Source of the DNA: Marsupella aquatica
Lineage: Eukaryota; Plantae; Marchantiophyta
Assembly: GCA_973895155.1 (NCBI GenBank)
Contig: OZ316895.1
Span: 12,833,363-12,897,362 of the forward strand
Direction of reading: 5' to 3'
DNA: 64,000 bases
The translations under genes were made by a program, and so were the position numbers. Under the pieces are notes generated by a model, which did not search any database, was not told the DNA's origin, and saw only the letters and a list, made by a program, of their open reading frames with translations. Position 1 is the first letter of the stretch; each line of letters opens with the position of its first letter. Of this stretch, positions 13,221 to 24,930 are shown in pieces.

Positions 13221-14769
13221 TTATTCATTCGTAGGATCTGTTTTCACTTTAAAAATTGATTTGTACAAAGCAAATATTCTGCTGATCTTCTTGGGTGGCA
13301 CTTCCTCGCAATCATCATCAGAGGACAAACAAATTACCTTAGCATTTGCACATTTTCCAGAGTTTAAAAGATCAGTGGTCTCAAGATAATTAGAATCTGG
13401 CATGGCCACAGTGTCTTTCAAGGACACATATTCAGGCAAATTATTCCAAGAACATGTTTCCAAAGCTTCCTTCCTCGTCTCTGCAAAAATATCATCAAAT
13501 CTTAGTTACAACTTTTTCTTTACCCTCTTTCTTCATTGGAACTCTATGTAATGCACTTTTCACATGAGACACATTCATTACATTACTTCTTGGAGAATCC
13601 TCTTCACTAAAATCATCATCCCAATATCTACCATGCTGGGATCTTTGTTTCTTGACAAAAATATTCTCCACGTCTTCTTTCTTAATATTGCAAGGATTTA
13701 CTATACATTTCCAGAGTGAAGTCATCCTAGAAAATTGCATACCTTGTCCATTCAGAGGAATAATCCAACTTGCAGTAGGCATAAAAATTCCAGACTTGAT
13801 CATGTCAGTAAGGGTGGATAAAAAAGTAGCAACAAGAGGTTTGTCACATTTATATTTGTTCAATACATACATTATTTCACCCACGTTTTTGTTAGTTAAA
13901 GTTACCCTGGTTTTCAAATCAATTTTCCCATAGATAGAATGTAATGTTTTACCTGTTGTCACTTCTGCATCAGTGACATTGAACATTACAGACTCAAAAT
14001 GCTCTGCACTTGTATCTTTCAAACAGTAACCAATCATGCCTTTGTAGGTGTGAATAATCTATTAGTTAACAACTTACAATTCACCTTACCCACAGGATTC
14101 ATGTTTTTCAAACAATGCCAACCCATATATTTCCTGACAAGCACACCAAAAGATCTGACTAGCAGATTTAGTTCTTGCTCTAACGACCATTTGCATATGC
14201 AAGTGATTTTCAATATCACCTAGTCTCTCAATGGCAAACAAGACCTGATACACAATGGTCTCTCATCAGAGTATTCATGAGGTCAATCTCAGTTGGATTT
14301 ATATCTGCACCTAAGTATCCAATGGTAATACTTAATTCTTTCACATTATCAACCATACTAATATTTTTCTCCTCCGCTGTCACCAGTCTTGCCTTTCTTT
14401 TCAAAGAAGCCATGACAAATGAGCACACTATTCTCTGGACTGTAAATTTTTGTCACCTTCTTTACAGACACAAGGTAGAATATCAAACACAAACACAGGA
14501 TAAATATTGTCACTTTTAACAAGAAAAAATACTTTCTCTTTACATTCTACTACAGTCGCATCCTCCCCAGTTTCTGGAGTTGAATCTAAGATTCAAAATG
14601 GACCACCAAGTATTTTTTCTTGACCTTGTTTACATACAACCCAACAATACTTCACGTCTCTTACACAACTAGAAGTTTCCTTTGGAATATTTTCCAAGAT
14701 AGATTCTCCTATGTCAGATATTTCATAAGGTGTGAGAAGCTCCTCTAGAAGCTGACTTTCCAAGGACAT
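13221..14769 (-). mobile_element. Replitron-type HUH endonuclease (Rep) transposase, frameshifted pseudogene; element ends not determined
   Basis: Joining frames gives ELSITIGYLGADIN...CVSGL / FAIERLGDIENHLHMQMVVR (HUH, 14197-14205) / SFGVLVRKYMGW / HTYKGMIGYCLKD..HF (catalytic Tyr, 14014-14031), then TDMIKSGIFMPTASWI...LWK...P. This matches the motif order I recognise for Replitron Rep proteins. At least three frameshifts. Possible first exon from ATG 14769. Confidence 0.8.
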
Positions 14770-14792
14770 GAAGCTTATAGGACGTTAGAGGA

Positions 14793-15016
14793 GAAAGTAG
14801 AACATTGGTTAGCAAACTCTATCTCAGCAAAACAGAGAAAGTAGAACACTGGTTAGCAAACTCTATCTCAGCAAATCAGAGAATGTAGAACACTGGTTAG
14901 CCCAAGATCAGTTGGTTAGCACAAGATCACAGCACAACATCAGTTGGTTAGCACAAGATCATAGCACAACATCAGTTGGTTAGCACAAGATCACAACACA
15001 AGATCAATTGGTTAGC
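14793..15016. repeat. Tandem repeats (~44-bp unit x2.5, then 32-bp unit) upstream of the Replitron ORF; continue at 19734
   Basis: AGAAAGTAGAACACTGGTTAGCAAACTCTATCTCAGCAAAACAG, then CAGTTGGTTAGCACAAGATCACAGCACAACAT at 14909, 14941, 14973 and 15005. Confidence 0.9.
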
Positions 15017-18000
15017 TGTGGTGCGTCCCATGGCTCCCCAAACCCAAGAAACCCCCCTGCGCAGGCCGATTCCCGTAGGTTTCATCCTCGATGAGGCCGT
15101 TTCGCGGCTTAGCGGCATGGGACGCTGCTAACCTCCTTCTACTACTACTATTAACATTTTACACACATATACTGGACAGATCCTTCATCGGGTCATGAGA
15201 TACGTAGCCGGCCTAATCTAGGCCTTCCCTTGTATTCACCTCCTTCTCTTTAGGTATATTTGGATTCCGCCGCCGGAATGATCCCCAATTGGCTTGGTTA
15301 AGCCGCTAAGACCTCTCTCAGCTCGACACATCCACTCACTCCCTTGCTTACTTCTCTTCATCTATTAGGTGATGTGGGCACTCTTCACACAAGTTAATGC
15401 GACACACAAATAGCAAAATGACTCCTTCTGACTGAGTTATACCATGCACTTGCCATACAAATAGTACATCTCATACACAAGTTCTGCGAACTAAGCCGTG
15501 AGGCCAACTCTATTCAGCTCTTACGCATGAGGAAACATGAATATACACAAGGGTCACTGTATAACTAACCGAGAACTTCTCTTACTACTTGATCCCAGCC
15601 TTGGTAGTGCACCTAAAAACTTGCTAAGAAAGAGGCCCTGGACTCCTCGCTGCCCAGGTACTTATCCTGGAAGTGGATCCGCCAATTCTCAGCAGCGTAA
15701 GCTTAATCTATCCTACCTGTAATCTACCTAAGTACAGCAAGGCAGGAGCACAAGTGTTGCTCCTACCAGTGGATCCGCAATCCCACTAATCTAAGTGTTA
15801 GGGCCGTCTCTTGGTCCTGATCCTCAGCCTAAACTTGGAGATCCGAGCCCGCCCTGCCCACTCACGCCTCCTACCCCCACGTCCGCCCTTCCTAAAAGGA
15901 ACGACGCCCTTGCACCGTCATGACACCGGTGGTGGATCCTCAATGGACGCCCCCAACGCTTCCCCCGCAGCCACTATCGTCGGTCCTTCCTCTGACAGAT
16001 TACCTGCCCCGGACCAAGTCAACTCTTCATCGGCCTGACTGGGTCCACCCTCGGCTTCGGCATCAGTATCGGCCATGGCCTCCCTGGCATGTTCTAGTGA
16101 TGGATCCGGTACCCTGGCTTCATCGCCGAGTATCCTGGCCCCGGCTTCATCATCCCCGCCTTCTAGGGCAGGTGGATCCTCTTTCGTGACCCTGCCTGGT
16201 GTTGGGTTTACCTCCTTGGTCACGCCGGCTTGAGGAGCCGTATTACTCCCTGACCCAGAAGGTTTTTGCTTCTTCTTCTTCTTTGGTTCGGCAGCTGGCC
16301 CCTTCCCTTGCCACTTACCTCCGGCACCGGTGCGAGTGTCTCGGCTTGTCCTTCGGCCAGTACTACACCAGGTAACTTGGTTGCCCCAATTGGAGTTGGT
16401 CCTGAGGAAGCCAAGCACTTAAATATTGCGGCCTGTTTCTTCAGCCGCTCCGTTTGGTTGTCGGCTCGCCGCTGTAAGTTTTCCATCTTCCGCGTGCTTT
16501 CCTCCAACTCCTCCTGCAATTCATCCAAGTCCTTCCTTGCCTCCTTCAGCTCCTTCTGGGCTTCTTCCAACTCTTTCTGGGCTTTCTCCAACTCTTTCTT
16601 TAAGGTAGCCCTCTCCTCCTGGGTTGCTCTCAGCTCCTTGTCGAGCTCCGTAACGACCTTAGACTCCATTTTATTCATCTTGGCATAAGTCTGGTCGAGC
16701 TGGTCGTCTTTCTCGCGGAGGTTGGCCTTGAAGCTGGCCGTCATGGATGCGAGCTCCTGCCGCAGCACGATAATCGCCTGATAGGATTTCCCTTACTCGG
16801 CCTCCTTCTGCTCTAGGGCTCCGCGGATATCCTTGAGTTCCCCCTTCAACGCCCTCTCCCTTCTCTGAGTCTCCGCCATGGCCCGGTTGTTGGTTGCTAT
16901 GTGGGCCTCCTCTGCGTCTCTCAGCTCTCGCTTCCACTTCTCCCTATCTTTGACCGCCTCGGCCAACTCTCCTTGGGTCTGAGTCAGTTTATCCTTGATA
17001 CTCTGATTATCAAACTGCTTGGTATCCAACTGCCCCTGCATGATGTTTAGCTCATGACGTTTAATTTGTAGCTCATCTTGGGCTTTCTTGGCCGCCTTTA
17101 GGTCTTCCACCTCGGCTTCCATCTCCCTAAGCCGCCGGATGACCTCGTCCTTCTTGCTTCTCTCCAAAGCCACCGCTTCTTCTAATTGGTGCTTCTCCAA
17201 TATCTCCCTCTGGAAAAAGGGTCCGTGCTCCAACTCCTCCCCAAAGATGCTGAGCGCAAGTTCCCCACACATCTTCCCGTACTCCATGGCTCTATCTTTA
17301 GCATAGGTGGAGTAAGTAGGAGTCATCGGCATCAACCACCTGGGCCTCTGTTCCCAAGCCGCCTTGCGGATTTCTTCTATGGTGGCAAGAGGGTTGCTTC
17401 TTTTTTCGGCAAGCCGCCTGATGTCCTCCGGCCAATCTCCTCTTGATAAATCTTTCTCCCTAGCCAGGGCTGCCTTCTCTTCCTCTCTGAGTCGCTCCTG
17501 AAACTCTTGTGCCGTCTGCTTTATGCTGTCAAAGCTTGGGGGAGCGACATCTGGTGGGGGAGACTCAGGGCTGCTCTGCTGGGTCGGGTCCCCTTGAACT
17601 ACTCTTGGAAGAGTGGGGATGAACCTGCCACAGGTCCTTACTCCTGGAACATGATGGTCCGACCCGTAGCCGGAGTCATCATTGTCGTAGCCTTCTACCG
17701 CCTCCTCCTCGGCTTGGATTACCGGCTCCCCCTGCTGCTGTCCTGGTCCTGCCGCGAACACAACCCCATAGATCACGGGTCCTGGTTCCTCCGGCTTCCA
17801 CATTGATCTCATCTTCTCCCTGTTGTGACCAGGGGCCTCGGGCTGCTTCTCCTCGGCTTCGAGACTTGAAGCTCCTACATACATTCGGACTCCCGGCTCA
17901 TGTTCCGGCCTCCTTCTCTCCTTGGTCCCGGTAAAGGGGTTTTTCCTCCTGAGTCGGCTTAGGCCGACCTCTGGGGCAGTGTCCTGTACCGGTGCCGGTG

Positions 18001-19733
18001 CCGTTGCCGGTGCCGTTCTCTTCTCCTTTTCCAGCAATTTCAGGAGGTTCTGCATGCCTGATTTCTGCATCGGCAAGTCTTCTTTTCTTGGCCAAAACAT
18101 CTGTTCGATCGTAGGATTGGCGGGCTGGTTGGGCTCCTCTGTTGCCGGCCTCTGCTCCGGGACTTCCTCTGGTGCCCTCGCCTGTAGGGAAAGTACTGGG
18201 GCAAAGATCTGACTTCTGGCATACCGGCACAACAGCGGCATGTGATAGCCAAGCCGGGACACGCTTTCCATGCCGATCACCAGCTGTTCCTCCTTCAAGA
18301 TATTCTTTAGTTGGGTGAGGAGGTACCCGTTGTAGTCTCGGCTTGGGTCTGGCCTCTCCGCCAGATAGACCTGTGCCTTGCCCATCTCTACCCTTGGCAA
18401 GTTACAATGCATGGTCACCCGCAAGAAATCGATCATTTCTCCTATGTGCGGGTTGGTGCAGGTGTTTCAGAAGAAGCCATTCTTTGTTGATGGCCCTGGA
18501 AACGACCGGAACTCCTTGTCTGGCAAGGTCTTCCTGGTATCTACTTTGGTCTTATTGCCCATCGGCAAGCCAAACACTTTGGCAATCACCCGGGGAGTGA
18601 GATAGAAATCCTTCCCATACACCCTTGTGGAATTGGTCTCGGGCTCCCATGATCCCATGAATTCTAATAAGTCTGAATCCGACACCTCTGGCTTCAGCCA
18701 TGGTAATTTTACGAAGGCTTCCAAGCTGGATCCGGCCATGAAGCCCTGGTACTTCTTGGTTTGCATGGCCGTAAAGCATGCATCCTCCTCCCGTGCAAAA
18801 TGCAGTTGCACTTCTTCTGGTAGGGTCGCCGCCCAGCCTTTCCAGGTGTCATCCTTTGTTGGAATGGCATTGATGGGATCGACCTCCTCCTCTTCGGCTT
18901 CCGCCTGCCTCCTGCTTCCCTGCTCTGCTGGCTTCCTTGGTGCCGCTGACCTCGTTCTTTTTGCCGGGGTGGCCTCTTCGTTGTTGTTTCCTTTCCTCTT
19001 CATCTCGGCTGCCGTGGATGTTTCTCCTAGCACGGTTGCCTTTGTCCACCCCTCCGTGCTACCCTTCAACTCCCAGTGTATGTCATTGCAGCGGTTGATG
19101 GCTTCTCGAATGCCGACGATCCTATTTTCGCAAAACAGAAGGTCGTCAAGCTGAGTGGCAGTAGGAGTCCACAAGAACTCGGCCTTGATGAATTCTCCTC
19201 CTAAGAAGGCAGATTTTTGCAGCTCACACAGTCGAGCGAGCTCCTGCCATTCTCGAGCTGCTCTCTTCGATTCTTCGTCCTCATAAGTCCTAATGTACTC
19301 AGTTGCCCGTTCGAATAGGCATCCCCAAAAATGTGCCGCTTGATTGACGTTGCTCATACCCTCCTTGAGTCGTTCATTGGTATCTGCTCCCGCCCAGAGT
19401 GCTTGTCTAAGCAGCTGACAGTAGTTGGCCTCCCGTAGTCGTCTGCCCAGTTCGTGCTTGCAAATGAGCCACCATTCCTCGCGAGCTGTCCTTACCCCTC
19501 TCCTCCTATGGTCTTCCCTACCGTTGGTCACCCCTAGCCGCCGACACTTAGTGCGCCCTAACCCTAATCGTATTCTCTCCCCCGGCGTCCTTACTTCTGG
19601 CCTCGGCCCGGGTTCCATAGTCACCCTTAATTGTTTATATTTTCCTCATTCTTGTAAGTATACTAAGGTGTTTCTAGGGTACACTTCCATTTTCTCACTT
19701 AACCGGCCTAGTGATTCCTGGTTAGGCATCACA
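15017..19733. mobile_element. 4,717-bp insertion with TG...CA ends and a 5-bp TSD (solo-LTR-like)
   Basis: Starts TGTGGTGC and ends GCATCACA (7/8 inverted match). TTAGC is duplicated at 15012-15016 and 19734-19738. Removing the element and one TSD restores the 32-bp repeat unit GGTTAGCACAAG. Confidence 0.88.
15918..19618 (-). pseudogene. Decayed ~1,230-codon retrotransposon accessory-type gene (putative plant-transposon-protein domain plus long coiled coil)
   Basis: ORFs 18467-19624, 16793-18436 and 16220-16768 share one frame and are separated by single stops (TGA 18467, TAA 16793). A probable frameshift near 16420 leads into 15918-16418. LLEFMGSWEPETNSTRVYGKDFYLTPRVIAKVFGLP resembles accessory ORFs of plant Gypsy elements. 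E/K/L heptads at about 16450-17200 and a PKKKKKQK NLS-like motif. Confidence 0.7.
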
Positions 19734-20310
19734 TTAGCACAAGATCACAACACAACACCAGTTGGTTAGCACAAGATCACAGCACAAGATCAGTTGGTTA
19801 GCACAGCACAGCACAAGATCCCACTGAAGCAATGACACGGCTGAACACTAAGAAGCTAGAGCGAGCACCAAGAAGCTAGAGCTAGCTTTAATGAAAGCCC
19901 ACTAGTGCATTGAACGATAGCCCACTAAAATGATAGCAGGGCTGAGCACTGAGAAGCTAGAGCTAGCACTGAACGAAAGCCCACTGGTGCACTAAATGAT
20001 AGCCCACTGAAACGATAGCAGGGTTGAGCACTGAGTGAGGCTTGAGACCACAGTGGGAGCGATGGCAGAGCACAAGATCACAACACAAGATCACTCGTTA
20101 GATGACATGGCTGAGCACTGAGAAGCTAGAGCTAGCACTGAATGAAAGCCCACTGGTGCACTGAACGATAGCCCATTGAAACGATAGCAGGGCTGAGCAC
20201 TGAGAAGCTAGAGCTAGCACTGAATGAAAGCCCACTGGTGCATTGAACAATAGCCCACTGAAACGATAGCACACTGAGAAGCTAGAGCTAGCACGGAACA
20301 ATAGCCCATT
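19734..20310. repeat. Continuation of the 32-bp array plus an 82-bp tandem repeat
   Basis: 32-bp units run to about 19820. GCTGAGCACTGAGAAGCTAGAGCTAGCACTGAATGAAAGCCCACTGGTGCACTGAACGATAGCCCACTGAAACGATAGCAGG units at about 19840 (variant), 19941, 20110 and 20192. Confidence 0.88.
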
Positions 20311-20735
20311 GCATGGGAACCTGATCACTAAGACTTGAGGCGATGGCAGAGTTGCGCCCTGAGAGCAAGAGCAGACTCACTAAACAAGGAGGGAGGTACT
20401 GAACTGAGAAAGGAGCTCAGCTTAAGTAGCTGTGAAGCAAGTTTAATCTGCTCCCCAGACTGAATGCTAAGGTGAGTCACCCAAAACATACAGTTTGGAG
20501 ACCAGATTATACGCAACGTTCACTTTTCCTCATACTTTCAAACTCCAAAATACTTGGAAATCTCCAAGATACATGGATCAGACAACTCTCGCTGTTGGGG
20601 AGCTGAAAGCACCATCCCATCACCATCAGCAGCTCACCATCAACAGCGATCAACAACAGCCATGGAGTCCAATCCAGTAGCGAGAGCAGTAGCCATGGAG
20701 TCCAGCAGCGAGAGTCAGTCGCGGAACTCGACTAC

Positions 20736-22854
20736 CTTAACACTTAGCTCCAGCGTCGCTGACTCCGACGCCAAGCTCCCTTATGGTCCAGGCCCGGATA
20801 GGCCATCCGGGGAGGACTTAGCATGGGGAGACTTGTGGGCAATGAAACGTGGCATTGGCGAGGCAAGGAGCCAAGCTGGGGACACAAACTAAGGACTTGG
20901 ACTACCTTATGGCTGGTCGGGTCAAGGGGAAATGGGCCGGGCTCAAGGATGGCCGTCCGGACCGTCGGATGGGCTTTGAGTTCTGAGGGCTTGGGAGTGA
21001 GCTCCTCTTGGGCCCAAGGCCAATGGAGTTGATGCCATTGGCAACGGACGCTTGGGGCGCAAGTTGTGGCCCGATCCGGGTTGGGCCGGTCGGGGGGCCC
21101 GAGCGGCAATCAGACCCGAGGGCCTAGGCATGAGCACTGGGTCGGCCCAGTCACAACGGGCTAAGGCACTCCGCTTGCGGATGCCTATCAAGGAAGTTAT
21201 GGGCGTTGCCAGTTGGTGGCGCACCCATTATGCGTGATGGGATTCGGGTTGGGGGCCAAATGTTTAGAGACCAAAGCTGGTCCGGGGGTCACAGGTCTCC
21301 AGAAGCATATATGAGGGGAGTGGTGTCTCCCTGGGGGCTAAGGGCGAGCCGAAGTTGTGAGCCGCGGTGGTCGCGACACTAAGGGAAACCGCCAAACGGA
21401 AATGGCGATATCTTCCCAACGGGAAGTCCGTTGGAGGACTTCTTAGGTGCGTTGGAAAGCTCTTGAGGAGGGCTACACCCTCCTGAGCTCAGCTGGGTCT
21501 GGGGGTGCCATGGGTTCTCGTGGTTTGCGGGTGTTAGCTCGCCCGTTTGCCGAATCCTGCCGAACAGCAGCCAAGCCGCGTTCAGCCTCCCAAGGGAGCT
21601 TGCATTGGGGAGGCAAGGCCAAGTAGATATGGAGGCTGAGTCCCAAGGGCGCTCGGTCCCTAGACCATCAGTGGGGCAAACCGGGAGCGGTTGTTAGAGT
21701 CGGGGCCATTCGGGTCCCGGCGTGTTGAGACAAGCTTTAGGACAAGCTACGCTAATAGGGCCATGAGCATGTCCTAAGGTCAGGGCGGCAGTTGGTGATG
21801 GATAGGTACGAGGGGGAACCCGGGTCGCGCCCAAGGAAGGAGCTGTCCTGGACGGACATTGGGCGCGGGTTCTGGTTCCGGCTTATGGCATCGGGAGGAC
21901 CTATCGCTGACCTATTTACCAATGTTTGTTGAGCTTGAGTTAGGATGCTAGAATGGGCGAGTTCTAGATCCGGAGGGGTTACTTACCGTAGTGCTTGGTT
22001 GTTTGTGCAGACAGTGAGGACCGTTGAGTAGCGGTCGTGTAGGTGAGCAAGTGCGGCTTCGTATGGGAGTGGCTGCGGGTGGTGCTAGAGGCACTTGGAT
22101 GCTTGCTCGAGGTATTCCGTGGAGGCATTCGGGCACCAAGGGCACTTAGGCGCAAGTGCTGGGATTGGTGAGGACGCTGGGTGGCCAGGTCCACCACTGA
22201 GTCACATCACCATCAGCAGCGATTGTATAGTGGTTTGTCAAGGAATAGGACCAGAGGCTCGAGGACGCTAGAGGTCATCTTGACTCCTCTAACATCGAGA
22301 GCGAGATCTTCTCCTCTGGCCACACGCAATAGTAGAGGGGGGCTGCCGCGAGAGGAAGGAACTGGGTTGCACAGCTGCTAAGAAGATCCAAGAAAAGCAC
22401 CAACGATCGTAGCTGAAAACGCGGCCATCTCCAAGAACAACAGCTGCAACAAAATGATAACAGATCGCAACCCCTGCCTTGCCTGCTCTACTCTACTCTT
22501 CTCGGATCTTCTCGGATGAGAATTGTAGTGACAGTCTAAGCTTCAGGCATCACCTCAAAATTTTGTGAGGACGAGAAGAAAATGGCCAAGACTACGGTGA
22601 GGTGCAGATCCTATGAAAGGGTTGAATTCAATCGTAGGTAGAGGTCTCGGAGGAAAATAGCAAGCGACTTGGCAATTAGCTCAATTCCTGTCAGTATACC
22701 CACGGGGTCAATTTTGGGCTTCACTCCAGGAGGGCCGTCATAAATCCTCGCCTTAGAATAACTCTGGTGGTCCCCCTTCTTCGACTGCTTCTTCTCCCCA
22801 ACCTTCTTCTCCCCAGCCTTCTGCTCCTTGATGTTGAGATATCTAACTACTACA
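20736..22854. mobile_element. GC-rich non-coding segment, probably LTR-retrotransposon derived
   Basis: No coherent ORF. Contains AGGCATCAC (22545), identical to the right end of the 4.7-kb element, and a TGTAGT...ACTACA-bounded 331-bp unit (22524-22854). Boundaries are uncertain. Confidence 0.35.
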
Positions 22855-23742
22855 GATCCCACCCTGGACGACGACGATGATGGCGACAACCCTTTCCGAG
22901 CCAACCGCAAGCTCAATGATCGCCTCAAGGCATGGAACAATGGTCCAAATCGGACTCTGCCCGCTCCAATGAAGGGAGAGCAAGAAGAGGAGCGTTGGGT
23001 CATCAGAGCCAAGGAGAAGTATACAATGTCCGCTGCTATCGATCCTCCTCCAGCCGCTGTGCTGCATGAACAACGCACCGAGGGAGCAGGAGATGATGCT
23101 CCTCTTCCGCACATGACCACAGCAGCAGAAGCTGTGGCAGCAACCGATTTCTCTGCACATTCAAAATCAGATGTGGAGGAGAGCGTTCATGATCAGTCAA
23201 GCTTCACCTCTACGGTCACTGCCATAGTCACCTTCCTCTGCCACTGTCCCGCCATGCCCCACAAGAATGTGGTGTCACTCCAGAAATGTGTTTGTGTTAC
23301 TTGACAGGTCTGTGCTGGCTTAAATGTTTTACCAATCAAGGAAATAAATACTGATTTTGTTGATGACATTGCAATAAACCTGGTCTAAAGAGACTTTATG
23401 GAAAACTAAGAGGATCATTCTGCGCTTACTCAAGTTTTAGGTTAATTGGGCTGCCATTGTCTTAACACCCGCAAGCCTCATAACGTGAAGGCTTTAATGG
23501 TGTAGAGATTGTTAGGATAAGTTTTGATGTGACAATGCCGATCACGTGTTTGGAATCGTGGGCATGTTTAGCGTATGGAGGGACATTACTAGGGGACATT
23601 ACTAGCGTGCTAAATTAAAATTTTAGATCATTGCACATTGTACGTGTTTCCAATGCACTTTTAAAGAGAGACCCGCTTTGTGGTTGTCAAGCATAACCAG
23701 GTAAGTGTTTCAAAACAGTTATGGACTACTCATATGCGGTCG

Positions 23743-24127
23743 ACTAAATCGCGAATAAGAAGTCTATCGATGGATCGCGAATGAGGGGGGACTGGATTGC
23801 GAATAAAAAATCTAAAAATTATACAGTTGGATCGCAAATGAGCGGGGCACTAAATCGCGAATAAGAAGTCTATCGATGGATCGCGAATGAAGGGGGACTG
23901 GATTGCGAATAAAAAATCTAAAAATTATACAGTTGGATCGCAAATGAGCGGGGCACTAAATCGCGAATAAGAAGTCTATCGATGGATTGCGAATGAGGGG
24001 GGACTGGATTGCGACTAAGAAGTCTATTGATGAATCTACCGATGGATCGCGAATGAGTGGGGGACTAAATCCCGAATAAGAAGTCTATCGATGGATCGCG
24101 AATGAGCGGGGGACTGAATCGCGAATT
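23743..24127. repeat. 106-bp tandem repeat rich in TCGCGA palindromes
   Basis: ACTAAATCGCGAATAAGAAGTCTATCGATGGATCGCGAATGA... at 23743, 23849 and 23955, with partial units to 24127. Confidence 0.92.
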
Positions 24128-24429
24128 AGGAGTTGAGCACAAGAAAGACTGTCGCAGAGTCTAGAATTCCATTTACTGGCCGCGTTGCTTGCACGAGAAG
24201 TAATCCTTCTTCTCGTAAAATAATTGCATTGTACGATGACGTAGCGAACGAAAAGGGACTGTTCTGTCTTCGCGACATCGCGACGCTTATTCTTCTTCCG
24301 TCCTCCTCAAACACGCACAGCAACTTCGTCGCACATTCGACGCAAACGAGCTCGAATGAGGACTGTACTCCAAGAGTCTCTGCAGCTTCGTAGCCAATAC
24401 TAAACTCGGTGGGCAGTCGGGGCGCTGGA

Positions 24430-24930
24430 CTGCTGGGCCCGCCCCCGCCACGCGCCCGCCATCGCCATTCTTTTTCAATGCTTTTCTACTGTACTAGGGG
24501 ACATCACGTTGCTGTGTGCTCTGTGTGCTGTTCTCGGTCGGGGCCCCTATATACCCTGTGCGGCGGCATTGATCAATTTAAATTTGTGCTGTGGTCGACA
24601 GCACGGAGGAGTGAGGTTGGCGGTTTACTGTCCCCGTGCTTGCCATCTCTCTTTCTCTGTCTCTCTTCTCTGTCTCTCTCTGTCTTCCCTTATTTTTCTG
24701 CATTCTAATCCCATTCACGTATGGTGAGGCAGCTTCTGGCTTTTGTTTAAGAGAAGCTGAATTCCTCGACGTGGTCGGATCGTTTTCTCTGTGTCTGTCT
24801 GTCTGTCTCGCCTCTGCCTCTTCCCTTGTTCTTCTCCATTCCATTCCAATCCCTTCACATTAGGTGTGGCAGTTGCTGGCTTTGTGCAAGAGAGGCGGAA
24901 GTGAGGCGGAATTCGTCGACGGCGGAGGAA
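24430..24930 (+). promoter_or_regulatory. Probable NFXL1 promoter/TSS region
   Basis: GC box GGGCCCGCCCCCGCC at about 24435, CTATATA at about 24547, CT-rich tracts at 24645-24690 and 24783-24840 that form a degenerate two-copy ~140-bp duplication. The leader intron acceptor is at 26044. Confidence 0.45.
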
